A stretch of DNA of 63,943 nt, the filler included, from Circinaria calcarea (taxonomy: Eukaryota), in assembly GCA_051942165.1 (NCBI GenBank). It is 46 parts of 46 records of this genome, joined end to end, with 100 filler letters (N's around TTAATTAATTAA, not from the genome) between each part and the next. Parts side by side here need not be neighbours in the genome. Positions count along the whole stretch, not along the records: positions 12,599 to 13,895 come from JAVECS010004948.1; positions 13,996 to 15,292 come from JAVECS010004949.1; positions 15,393 to 16,689 come from JAVECS010004950.1; positions 16,790 to 18,085 come from JAVECS010004951.1; positions 18,186 to 19,481 come from JAVECS010004952.1; positions 19,582 to 20,877 come from JAVECS010004953.1; positions 20,978 to 22,273 come from JAVECS010004954.1; positions 22,374 to 23,668 come from JAVECS010004955.1; 38 more parts are not named here. The stretch is one strand, 5' to 3'. The translations under genes and the position numbers were made by a program. The notes beneath the pieces are model-generated. The model was not told the DNA's origin, searched no databases, and saw nothing but the letters and a program-made list of their open reading frames with translations. The first letter of the stretch is position 1. Each line of letters opens with the position of its first letter. Below are positions 12,599 to 23,522 of the stretch, one piece after another.

Positions 12599-12898
12599 GA
12601 AATGGGAGCAGACAGCGTTGCGATTATCGTAGAGTCAAGAGCTACACTAAGGCTCAATCAATAAGGTCTTCAACTTTCTCTTCTTTGTTTTACCTGCGAG
12701 TATACACCCAAGCCAAACACCACTCATCACCATTAAGAGCTGCTTGGTTGTAGGTTCATCAGCCCTAGGCTCACCGTTGCTATTCTCCTCTTCAGCAACA
12801 TCTGCATCTTGTCCCCTCTCAGTACTGTCATTGTCTTGACTTTTCCTATGACCAAGCAGGGGGCTTTGCTCGCCATTGGCTTGTGTAATGAGCGCCAT
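12599..12898 (-). CDS. N-terminus of MFS 14-TM transporter (Vba/DHA2-like)
   Basis: EQSPLL motif, VMSGVWLGCILA then an intron then ALDSTIIATLSAPIS. Confidence 0.8.
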
Positions 12899-13362
12899 GT
12901 CTTTTGTAAGACAACTTACTGCTGTGCGGAGGTAAGATAGGATTTAGCATTTCGATGACACTAAAGATCTATTCTAGCTTATCGATGAAACTAAGGATCT
13001 AGCGTTTCGATGACACTACTGGTAAGGACTAGGACCATCTCCGCGGGATCGGGAGATCGCCCTTGACTAGTGTTATCATGGGCTTTCGACAAATCCCAAT
13101 TGAACAATCATAAGAAATGGGCTGTGATTGGTTGAAAAACGCTGTAAACCACTTTAGAATGGCGCTAGACAGATTCGTTCAGCATTTGGGAGGTTTCGCT
13201 GAGTTCTGTTATGCCCTGATAAAGTTAGGAAGGCGGGGAATAATTGTACTCTCAGCCAATCCATATCCTGCTCGGGAGGGAGCCACAGCGTAGCTTTATA
13301 TATTTCCCTTGTAATCTACAACGGAGCTATATTATACTGATGGACTTTTCTGACCAATATGA

Positions 13363-13510
13363 GGTTATAGATTTTGAGCCAGCAAGGTCCGCCTGCCACC
13401 TGGATTTTATAATATTAAGCTTAGGGTGTCGGTGCCGGCCGTATATTACAAACTCATTATATTCAGCGAAACGTCCCAAATATACTGTAAACAGCCCCAA
13501 AGCCGCCTGG
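13363..13510 (+). repeat. Dispersed diverged non-coding repeat, also at about 32826-32975
   Basis: Shared blocks TAGATTTT..GCC, GCCTGCCACCTGG, TTATAATA.TAAGCTT, TCGGTGCCGG, TTCA.CGAAACG in the same order. Confidence 0.7.
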
Positions 13511-13995
13511 CGACATTTCTGTTGATATTTGTAAAGTCAGCACTGCTGATTATTTCTATAGTGTTGAAGCGTCAAATGACAACGAGGAGATACACTGGGC
13601 ATGAATGTGTAAGGGTCATTAGTACAAGACCCATTCCACAGGCAATGACGGAGAGCAGGTTGATAGATATTTAGATAAGCCAACAGTGGGATTTGATGCG
13701 TTAATTTACAGACGAAACAACTCGCTATGTTTAACTACTACTCCTCGATCCATTCAATCTACTTGTATCCCTTAACGGCACCCGTTCAGCATCGTCATCT
13801 GACTCGTCAACACTGAAAGCACCAACGCTCTGAATCCGTTGCTCCTCATCCTTCACCTTGTTCACACCACCTCCCGTCGATATATCCATCCGATTNNNNN
13901 NNNNNNNNNNNNNNNNNNNNNNNNNNNNNNNNNNNNNNNTTAATTAATTAANNNNNNNNNNNNNNNNNNNNNNNNNNNNNNNNNNNNNNNNNNNN

Positions 13996-14642
13996 ACAAT
14001 TCCCCCTCCGCCGAACCCTTCCACCCATTTTCCCTCCCAGAAGACACCTTCGCAGACCTCATGTTCGCAAAACGCCTAGCTCCTTTAGGGTCGGCAGCTT
14101 CCTCCTCCCCACCTCTCATTGATGACGGAGACATCAATACAAGAAGAGCAACCACCATCGCCGACAGCGAAGGTCAGTGCCTGCATCTTAATTCAACAAC
14201 CCCCCTAAAACTAACTGATCCCCTTCCGCAGAACCCCGTTCCTCACCATCCTCAACCCGCGGCTCGAACCCGACCCGAAGCACCCGCGGCCCACGAGGGA
14301 GCAGGCGCTCACGTCTTCAAGTCCAATTAACCCCCGAAGCCACAGGTGAAGCCGAAGACCCACCCACCGACCAACCAGAAAACGAAGATCACCCGTCCAC
14401 CCTCAGCACCAGCCGCGCCTCTACCTCCGAGCCCGCAGAAGACGAAGAGGAGCAAGAGGAAAACGGAACCAACGCTTCTGAAACCGAAAACGACAAGGGA
14501 GATGAAGAAGAAGCGGAATCCGAAACCCCCACCGCCCCAGCGCCGAAAACCCGCGGAGTCAACCGACCGACTCGCGGCGGGAGGGGTGTTGGGAGGGGAA
14601 GAGCGAGTAAAAGGCGCGTGGGGAGGAGGAGATGACGAGTAG
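13996..14642 (+). CDS. Hypothetical protein, C-terminal fragment (acidic, low complexity)
   Basis: Coding-like composition with a GTCAGT..CTAAC..CAG intron near 14173-14231; downstream frame uncertain. Confidence 0.35.
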
Positions 14643-14913
14643 GAGGTGCTTGTGGAGGAGGAGAAGAAGAATGAGACAATGAACAATGACGGATACCAAG
14701 TTCCCGGGCCACGTGTACTCGTTCTCCCCCAAGTTTGTATATACTTTATCTAGAAAAAGGCAAGTTTTCATAATGCTATTGCTGCTGCTATTGCTGCTGC
14801 TCCTGGTCCTCATCCTCGTTCTAGTCCAAGGGAGAATGAGGGGAAAAGAATCGACCACATCACCTTGCACATCTCAGCAACAGCCAGATGAATCCTCATT
14901 ACCCCTCCCCTCA

Positions 14914-15135
14914 TTTTCCCCCTTTTTTCCCTTTTCCCTCTTCCCTTTTTCCCTTTTTCCCTTTTTCCCTTTTTCCCTTTTTCCCTTTTTCCCTTTTTCC
15001 CTTTTTCCCTTTTTCCCTTTTTCCCTTTTTCCCTTTTTCCCCTTTTTCCCTTTTCCCCTCTTCCTCTCTTCTCCCTCCCCACAATTCCCATCCATTCCCA
15101 TCCTCATTCCCCTTCCTCTTCCCCTTCCCCTCCAA
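14914..15135 (+). repeat. Polypyrimidine tract of (T5-6C3)n units
   Basis: Tandem TTTTTCCC/TTTTTTCCC units. Confidence 0.9.
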
Positions 15136-15394
15136 TAGACAATGCCCATTCTCTTACAAAATCCCACCCCTTCCTTCACCTCCCGCTTTACCTTCCGCTT
15201 TACCTCCACCTTCATAAATCATCCTCCAAAAAAGGCCTAACCGGGCTTCCTTACCGAAGCTACCGAAGCTATAGAAGCGACGATACAGCATTNNNNNNNN
15301 NNNNNNNNNNNNNNNNNNNNNNNNNNNNNNNNNNNNTTAATTAATTAANNNNNNNNNNNNNNNNNNNNNNNNNNNNNNNNNNNNNNNNNNNNGT

Positions 15395-15495
15395 GAAGGG
15401 AAGGGGATAGGGGATTGGAGATTGGGGAATGAGGAATGAGGATTGGGGATTAGGGATTAAGGATTAGGGATTAGGGATTAAGGATTAGGGATTAA
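15395..15495 (+). repeat. Degenerate (GGATTAG/GGGATTA)n simple repeat, telomere-like
   Basis: gggattaaggattagggattagggattaaggattagggg at the contig start. Confidence 0.55.
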
Positions 15496-15815
15496 AAATA
15501 AAGAAATAAGTTAGGGACGGATTTTTTTTAAAAATATAAAAATTTTTATAAATATGCTCTTCTTTTTTTATATTAAATAAATAAAAGAAATTAACTAAAA
15601 TTAAAATTATTTCTTGAAAATTAAATTAGGATTAAAGAAAAAACGATTCCCAAATACTTTCCACGTTCTCGTTTGTTTTAAAAAAAAATTAAAAAAAAAT
15701 AATTGCATTTTTTCGAATTCCGGGTGGGGTTTTTTTTTTTTTAGAAAAAAATAAGGTAGCTCGATATAAAATAGTACGGCCTGTTAATAGTAATAAAATT
15801 TGATAGGTATGCGTG

Positions 15816-16187
15816 TGTTATGGCGTGCCCGCCATGACATGCGCTAGACCGGGTCGGGAAGGACCGCGGGCCGGAGGAACCTACACCACCGAGGTGCTCA
15901 GTGTGCTCATGGTGCTCAGGGAGATGAGCAGAGTGAGCAGGGTGAGCAGGGTGCTCAGTGTGCTCATGGTGCTCATGGAGATGAGCAGAGTGAGCAGGGT
16001 GAGCAGGGTGTTATATATAGCAGGCTATTCCCGCTCTTTAGAATAGCATGCTTACAGACCGTGTTCAATAGACTCCATACTATTGAGCCTAGGGCAACAG
16101 TTCAACTACACCCTATGTAACCGTGCTATTACCAATCGAGACTTAACATATTCCTCATTAGGCCTCAAGGATTGCAGCGCCCTTACA
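15816..16187 (+). mobile_element. Solo LTR (family A), 372 bp, with 5-bp TSD GCGTG
   Basis: TGTTATGGCG...GCGCCCTTACA termini; GCGTG at 15811-15815 and 16188-16192; internal tandem duplication of about 57 bp; homologues at 42158-42526 and 55742-56099. Confidence 0.92.
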
Positions 16188-17419
16188 GCGTGAGCGTGCT
16201 TATAAGACCTGTTGGTGGAACTATTATTGCATTAAAGGTTGTCTAACTAGCTACGCTCTGCGGGCAGAGATATACTGCCACTATTACGCTAAGCCTCATT
16301 GGGTGCTATGACTATAGTCATGGTAGTTAGCTATTAGGAATGCACCGTATTTCAACTATAAAAATAATTAATTTATTGATGTCGCCTAGGTTCTATGTGG
16401 CTATGTAATTGTATCGAAGATTAAATAATAATTTTAGAATTCTCGAAAATTGAATAAAAAAAAAGCTTTTTTTTAGGGCCATTAGGTATACGAATACGAG
16501 GGGAGTGAGTCCGGCCCACAAAAGGGCACGGCCATTCAGAACCCCCTGGACAGAGTGGTGTGGTTCTATGTGGGAATAGTTGACGGACGTTCGTTTCGCT
16601 ACAAACGGGGCAGGGGGGGTAAGGGGTAGGGCTTTTAAGGCTGGTGTGAGTGTGAGTGTGGGTATAGATAGGCGGCTTTGGAGAAAAGGNNNNNNNNNNN
16701 NNNNNNNNNNNNNNNNNNNNNNNNNNNNNNNNNTTAATTAATTAANNNNNNNNNNNNNNNNNNNNNNNNNNNNNNNNNNNNNNNNNNNNTTGACGTTGAC
16801 GTTGACGTTTGACACGGGGGTTTTAGGTCTGCTTTCCTTCCTTACCTAGGTGTGTAAACCCAAGGAGAAAATGTGAGGGGAGGCGAGGGGGGCTTTGCAT
16901 TGGGGGAATTCGGGGAACCAAAAGGAAGGAACAGATATACCCCTTCGCTGTGCAAGGAGAATGACGGGGTTTTTGGTTCGGGTATGTGGTTGTTAAGGGG
17001 TGTCTTTTTACAAAGTTCCAAGAGAGAGAAAAAAAGGAGCCGATATCTTAGCTTTTTGGCTTTTCGCGTTTCGCTTTCCTTTTTTTCAAGACCATAACAC
17101 CTTTTACCCTCGGCTTCCCTGCAAGGTTTCCCATTGAACCATAAAAAGAAGAGACGCGGGGTTTTTCCAGTTCCTTGCCGTTCTTCCTACTACTTCCCTT
17201 CTTCCTCTACTTCCTCTTCTTCCTGACCAATTCCCCCACCCCCAAAAAAGAGAAATCCAACTTCTCCTGAAAAACGAAAAAAGCCACCCCCAAACCTCGG
17301 TTCGATTCCCATCCATCATCGGTGCTTTCTTTCCATCTCTACGCTCTTTCTCGGAACCTAAATCCGTCCTCAAATCACCCTGAACCCCAAATTTCCCATT
17401 GAGAGAGGGAAAAAAAACC

Positions 17420-18074
17420 ATGCCCCGCCCCCTCTTCACCCTCTTCCTTTTCCTCCTCCTCGCCTTCGTCCACGCCTACCCGCTCCCCTACACCTACACC
17501 GATACCCTCAGTCTCCAACTCCTCAGCCGACGCGACTCCGGAACTGGCGGGGCGAAAAGAGCCTGGAGCGTGGATAAGATGAGGCAGGTGGAGAAGATGC
17601 GGCTTGTCGGTTTGGCGGAGGTGAGTTAAGGGTGGCACGCTTCTTTTCGGATCTCTGGGCCCCCCCGGGTTTCTTGGAATTAACGGTTCAGTTTGGATTT
17701 GTTTTCACCGAGCTAACGGGCCTTTTTTTCTTTCGTTCCGCAAATTCTAGGGCGACATCTCGGCGCTTTTGACTTCTTTCTCTTCTTCGACTCTTCCGAG
17801 TCCGGCTACCGCTGATGCTGGTGCTGACGCTGGTGCTGCTGCTGCTCGAGCTGCAGACCAGACCCCGAAGATTCAAGTGCGAGACGAGAAGAGGGAGGAG
17901 AAACAGGGCTGGTTTTCGGGACAGATGCTTGGGAAGAAGCTGGGCAAACGAGGCAAGGAGGCATATCCGCCTAGTCATTGGGCCGCGCCTGGGGGGGAAG
18001 CGGATACGGCTGCCGTGGGAGCGACCACGGTCGAGGCGGCCGCGGCGGAGGGGTTTCCGGTTGGACATTTCTGA
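17420..18074 (+). CDS. Small secreted protein (174 aa), unknown function
   Basis: Exon 17420-17620 (signal peptide MPRPLFTLFLFLLLAFVHA), intron 17621-17750 (GTGAGT..GCTAAC..TAG), exon 17751-18074 in frame. Confidence 0.7.
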
Positions 18075-18402
18075 GGAGGGGGAGGNNNNNNNNNNNNNNN
18101 NNNNNNNNNNNNNNNNNNNNNNNNNNNNNTTAATTAATTAANNNNNNNNNNNNNNNNNNNNNNNNNNNNNNNNNNNNNNNNNNNNTTCAGGCAATAATCT
18201 TTTTTACAAAAGCCTGATGGATAGAGAACAAGAATCACGATCCTTTGGACGTCTTCTAACCACTATGCTCTAGTTTACTCAACATTATCTACACTTGTTA
18301 TGAAGTGTCAAAAAGCGCCCCGCGCCTAAAGGAAACCATAACACGAAAGACAAGGAACACACACGAAGCTGCTGGCTTAATGTTCTCTACCTCATCCTTC
18401 GA

Positions 18403-18957
18403 TTATCGCTGGAGGTGATGTCTCGGCCTGCTTCCTGAGGAACTCATATCATCTTCGCCCAATGGATCCGGTAATAGTCCTTCATTCATCTCTGCCCAAT
18501 TCATCATCCCCCTATCGGTCTCCTCGCGTCGCCTAATCGGATTTGCCAACTTTGGTCTTCCCCGACTAACCTCCTCACCCCTGGCGCGGGAACGGTGATC
18601 TTGTCTTCTGCTAGCCTGCCTTCGTGCATCCATTCCCCCTTTCCTCTCGTCCCTAAGCTCGTCTTCGAGAACCCTGGATATATGTGCCCTTAGAGAACGT
18701 TGACTGTTGCCGTTGCCCCTTGGCGCAAGTCTTCGTCCACCCTCAGGAAAGCCAGGGTATCCGTATCCTGTGGCAGCAGGCCTTTGTTGGGAATATTGCC
18801 GAGGGCCACGGGCTTGAGCATCTCGATTAGGGCCTTCATCATAGCCGTCCTTGTCGTCCTCGTCCTCGTTATCATACGCTGCGCTGTTTTGAGGGGTGCG
18901 ACGGCCACCATGACTTTTCCGACTTTGACTGGGTTGTGCTTCTCGTTGTTCTTTCAC
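18403..18957 (-). CDS. Hypothetical protein, C-terminal region
   Basis: 184-aa hydrophilic ORF; an upstream ORF at 18984-19274 may belong to the same gene; no family recognised. Confidence 0.35.
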   Translation of the reverse strand: MKEQREAQPSQSRKSHGGRRTPQNSAAYDNEDEDDKDGYDEGPNRDAQARGPRQYSQQRPAATGYGYPGFPEGGRRLAPRGNGNSQRSLRAHISRVLEDELRDERKGGMDARRQASRRQDHRSRARGEEVSRGRPKLANPIRRREETDRGMMNWAEMNEGLLPDPLGEDDMSSSGSRPRHHLQR

Positions 18958-19581
18958 AGCAATAACGTCAGTCTAGATCACCTTCAATCAACACTATCAT
19001 TCCGATTACCGTATTCTTGCTGCCATCTTCGAGGTTGACGGTGTCTTCGCAAATGTTTCTGGTGCTTAGCATGCTCTGTGAAGAAGCTGCTGAGTGCGTC
19101 TGCAATGTTTGCTACTTTCTGATGGTTGAGCAGCCTATCGATATCGGTTATGGCGTCGCGTACAGTAGCTATTTCGGTATGCATTTCTCGGCGGTGAGGC
19201 AGAGCTGGTATATTACCCATTGTCAGTCCAATCCAAGCAGTGTTCATAGGAAGACGTTGTGATTTTATGATCAATCGGTCTTGCTGACCTCGATCGTATT
19301 AGCTGCCATAGTCCGTACTGATTCTAAACGCACGGCGAATATCAACAAGTTAGAATCATACTACGTTTGCTACCAAGGGTGGCAATCGCCACGTGGCAAA
19401 TTTGGATGATTGCTTTCCAAACACACAGAGGTTTGTATCACTCAGGAGCAATGGCTGAATCCAAGAAGATGTTGAGGCGCTNNNNNNNNNNNNNNNNNNN
19501 NNNNNNNNNNNNNNNNNNNNNNNNNTTAATTAATTAANNNNNNNNNNNNNNNNNNNNNNNNNNNNNNNNNNNNNNNNNNNN

Positions 19582-20571
19582 GATCTTTTATACCAAAAAG
19601 CACAATTGTTATATTCTTTTTTTAATAGTTATCCACATTTCGTGGCTTTATTGGTACTACCTCAAATGCTTCCTTATTATTGAACTATTAGGCCTAGATA
19701 TTATAATTGGGAAATGTGGGGGCATTTAATTGCTAAGTTGCTCGGCCTTTACAATTTATATAAGCTTGCACTTATTAATTATCTTAAAGGTTTATTATCT
19801 AACTTACAAGCTAAATTATTTCTAGCTTATATAAATAGAATAGAAGATACATATCTCTATAACAAGATGGTAAAAAGATGTTTAAGTTTAGTTAAGAGTA
19901 TTAAAGTGCCTATTATTAAAGAACATTTTAATCCAGCTAGTTATATTAGTAAATGTGGTTCAAATATTCTAGATTTGTGTAGTAATAATCAAGCCGAAAG
20001 TATAATAACAGAATATAAACGAGTTGCTGCTAATATTACAGTTTTTATGGTTAACAATGTTATTCACTATCCGTGGGAAGAAATACCTCTCGGGAATATT
20101 TTTCCTCCAGAGATACTTAACTTAATTTTAGAAGAAAGGTTAAGATTAGAATACAAAGATGCTTTAGCAGAATTTATGGAAGTGCGCTCCCTTTTAGTAC
20201 CAGATATTGCTCTTTATCAGCGTGAGAATCTGCATTTTGCCTCCACTTATTTACTTTCTCGTGATCTTGATCTAATAGAATTAGATCAAAATATAGAAGA
20301 AAGAATTTTATTGCTAAATCAACATTGATTAGTTTTAGATAATCTGTTAGCTAAAGCAAATAGCTCACATCCGAATTTAACTAGAGAGTTTGCCCTACAT
20401 AAGGATATAAATCGGATACATTTCCACCACAAATTCTATAATTTAACATATATGAGTGGACAATTGGTAAATAACGATCCTGTTTATATTAGAGACACTA
20501 CATATCTAGCATGATTACGTCTTATTAATGTTATTTATGATAATAGAGGTACTATTATTAGTCTACAGTAG
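19582..20571 (+). CDS. Unidentified mitochondrial-type ORF (genetic code 4, TGA=Trp), 329 codons, 5' truncated
   Basis: One frame open from contig start to TAG at 20569-20571 if TGA at 19681, 20326 and 20512 are read as Trp; AT-rich with TTA/AAT codon bias; upstream of a mitochondrial-type tRNA. Confidence 0.75.
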
Positions 20572-20771
20572 TTAGATTGATCTCGATCTGTAAATTCAGA
20601 TAATGATTAACCTTTTATAGTTAAGGTTGCTTTTTAAGTCCAGACTCTTTTTTATCTTTTATTTAAAAGAATGAGAAAACCGGTATTTAAATATAGTAAA
20701 TATATGATCTAAATACAAGTTTATATTTAGAAAACTAACCTTTCTAGATATAAGCCGGATTATCTGTCCGA

Positions 20772-20840
20772 GGATATGCGTAGATGGCTCTACATATTGA
20801 TTGCAGATCTTTAATTAAGGGTTCGATTCCCTCTTATCCT
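20772..20840 (+). tRNA. trnC: Mitochondrial-type tRNA-Cys (GCA)
   Basis: Acceptor GGATATG/CTTATCC, D stem GTAGA/TCTAC, anticodon loop TTGCAGA, T arm AGGG-TTCGATT-CCCT; anticodon stem is imperfect. Confidence 0.75.
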
Positions 20841-20977
20841 TTTCTTTTATTTAATTAACTTAAGTTAATATCTAAAANNNNNNNNNNNNNNNNNNNNNNN
20901 NNNNNNNNNNNNNNNNNNNNNTTAATTAATTAANNNNNNNNNNNNNNNNNNNNNNNNNNNNNNNNNNNNNNNNNNNN

Positions 20978-21594
20978 TGTCTTCTGTCGTCCTTGATTCA
21001 TCATCCTCGCATCCGTCGAATGCCTGTTCCAAATCATGGGTCACGAAATCAGAGCTCTTGAGTAGTAAATATACATCATCGGGCGTCCTGCACTCCATGC
21101 TGTTTGTAGCCGATATCCAAGTGGCATCCTTAGGTGCCGACCAATTCAATTTAGGAACGACTGAACCGCCAAGCTCGGTTATAGTCGATTTAACCTTAGA
21201 GTGAATGTCTTGCCATTCTAAGAAAGAGTTTACCTCTTCGGGGTCTGAATCGGAATCAGAGGAAGCGAGTGATATACCGCTGTCATCATCAAGGTCTGTA
21301 ACAGCGGAGGGAAGAGAAGGAGAGGACGGGGGAAGGACGATGCCATCGGCTCGAAGGTAGGAGAGGAAGGGAGCTGAGATGCTGATGAGGCGGGCTTTGG
21401 GGGTTATGATCCGATAGCTGTCGTAGGTTAGACCATCATTTTTCTCTAGATTAGGTAACAAGAACACACAGGGGGTGCCAGAAGTGATAGGAGCAATGAA
21501 GGATATGTGATCTAGTAATCGGTGGGAAGGGAAGGCGAGTCAGAGGCTCTGGGAACTGAGATTGATCTTCGAGATCTAAATCTGCTGCTGGCAT
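20978..21594 (-). CDS. CDC123: Cell division cycle protein 123 (eIF2 assembly factor), 3' truncated
   Basis: Exon 21594-21470, intron 21469-21418; [52 protein letters not shown]. Confidence 0.95.
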
Positions 21595-21868
21595 ACTGGC
21601 GGTTACAGGAGTAATGGGTGCGGATGCTGATACGTGTATTGTGTTAGAGTTGCAGATCTGGGTGATGTTAGATTATTTCCTTCCGTTATGTTGACGTATC
21701 CGCCTTATCTCCGGCGTCTTGCAACGCTTGTCGATCTCTCGCTAGTAAAATCGTGGGGAAGCTACAAGGGTTTGCAGAACTCATCCCACTCCAAACAACC
21801 TCAAGAGGTCTCTCTAGCTCACCCTCTAGGCTTTCGAATATCAGGCACACAGCCACCACTGAACCGCT

Positions 21869-22273
21869 ATGTCATCAAACGTTGGCCTTGCAACTCCAAG
21901 GGGTAGCGGAACCTCAGGATACGTCCAGCGCAATCTCTCGCACCTTCGACCCAGAGACCAGATCGCACCATACCCTAAAGACTTTGAGAGCATCAAGCAT
22001 CGTCAGCGGCAGCCTGACAAGGAGATTCTTGCCCATGATCGAGCACGCGAAATTGAGGTGAAGGTCTTTGACTTACGAGATAGGTTAGAAGATGAAGGGT
22101 CAGTTCCCTGTCATTTCTCACCTACGCTATACGCTTACAAGAACTCGGGATATAGGATCGGCGAAGACGAGATTGAAGCTCAAACTGACGCTTTGCGCAA
22201 GAAACTCACTGCTGAGGCAAATGGCACTAAACCTTCCGGGAGAGGGCTCAAATCACATCAGGTTCACGAGCTG
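21869..22273 (+). CDS. CWC21: Pre-mRNA splicing factor Cwc21, 3' truncated
   Basis: MSSNVGLATPRGSGTSGYVQRNLS and PDKEILAHDRAREIEVKVFDLRDRLEDEG; probable intron near 22099-22156. Confidence 0.95.
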
Positions 22274-22373
22274 NNNNNNNNNNNNNNNNNNNNNNNNNNN
22301 NNNNNNNNNNNNNNNNNTTAATTAATTAANNNNNNNNNNNNNNNNNNNNNNNNNNNNNNNNNNNNNNNNNNNN

Positions 22374-22766
22374 CCCACCCGAAGTTGAAGTTGGTGCGAC
22401 GTCTTCTTGTGAAGCTTCGATTGACCCGTGGCGAGCATGTGTAGATGGTATAGGAATAGCAGATGAGCCACTGCTGTCGTGTGGCCAATCGCCAGGAGGT
22501 GAGGCGGGGCTTGCCGGGCCTGCTGGAGAGCCTTCATTCGCGAGGACTGCCTCGCTAGGATAGGTAGTAGATCGGATAAGAGTATTGGGCCGTGCAGGAG
22601 GGGCTGAGGAGGAGGACTGTTGAGAGTGCAGAGAAAGGTGTTGCTGCGTGTAGCTACGTAGATAGCTGAGCCCTCTGAGCCTGCTTGGTCGGGATGGACT
22701 CGCAGGTGCGGCGGATGAGGTGCTGGTGGAGACAGTCGGGGACGATGGCACAGCCTGCGCGTACAT
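22374..22766 (-). CDS. Ser/Pro-rich N-terminus of a conserved fungal protein, possibly FHA-RING ubiquitin ligase (Dma1-like)
   Basis: RPSRLRGLSYLRSYT motif recalled from N-termini of such proteins; diagnostic domains lie beyond the contig end. Confidence 0.35.
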
Positions 22767-22902
22767 TCTGTACAGATAAAGGTGAGATTGGAGGGATTCC
22801 TCGAATGGCTGTGCACAGGTTCAAGATTAGGGTGGGCGTGAGGCAGAAAAGTAGCGCCGTACTCCGTAGCCATGATATCCAGATAGGTCTCGACTATTTC
22901 CA

Positions 22903-23522
22903 CACCCCATCCGACTATTAAGACACCCCCCACGTGACTCACCCTTATCGGCGCTATAGCGGCAAGTAATTATAATTATTTCTACTGCACCTCGTTCTTA
23001 CTGCCACGGTCGTAATTTATTATCGTATTTATTATTATTATTACTACTATTATTATTATTTATTATTGTTACTATTTATCGCTGTTATTATTATTATAAT
23101 ATTAAAATATATAAATAATGGTATTTATAATGGTAGCGACAGCGATAATAATAGTGATAATAAATAACAACGATAATGGCAGCGATAGTGGTAGCGATAG
23201 TGGCAACGATAGTGGCAGCGATAATAACAACGATAGTGGCAGCGATAGTGGCAACGATAATAACAACAATAGTGGCAGCGATAATAATAATAATAATAAT
23301 AATAGTGGGTGGTAACGATAAAAACAGCGATAATAAGACCTTTCTAATATTTATAGAACCCTTCTAACATTTAAGGTTTTCGTGTATCGCAATTTCGGCT
23401 TTGATTTAATAAGTGATTTTCTAGTATTAGGCAAGGTAAATTAATTATCAATAGAATTAGCTGCCGCTATAGCTCCGATAATGGTGAGTCACGTGGAGGT
23501 GTCTTAATAGTCGGATGGGGTG
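22903..23522. mobile_element. Non-autonomous TIR DNA transposon (about 620 bp, about 60-bp TIRs)
   Basis: Left CACCCCATCCGACTATTAAGACACC..CACGTGACTCACC.TTATCGG.GCTATAGCGGCA is inverted at 23462-23522; interior is AT-rich simple repeat; no clean TSD. Confidence 0.88.

Noticed and set aside
5605..12898. Apparent secondary-metabolite cluster (Zn2Cys6 factor, 2OG oxygenase, PrpD/CAD-like, two MFS transporters)
   Set aside because: Each gene is on a separate contig ordered only by length; adjacency is artificial
14686..15217. ORFs rich in F/P or K/G/R/E
   Set aside because: Translations of the (T5-6C3)n tract
15395..15495. Possible telomere
   Set aside because: Units are degenerate 7-mers, not clean TTAGGG, and the G-rich strand points into the contig; similar simple repeats occur elsewhere in the window
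23118..23367. N/D/S-rich and I/A/V-rich ORFs
   Set aside because: Simple-repeat interior of a TIR element
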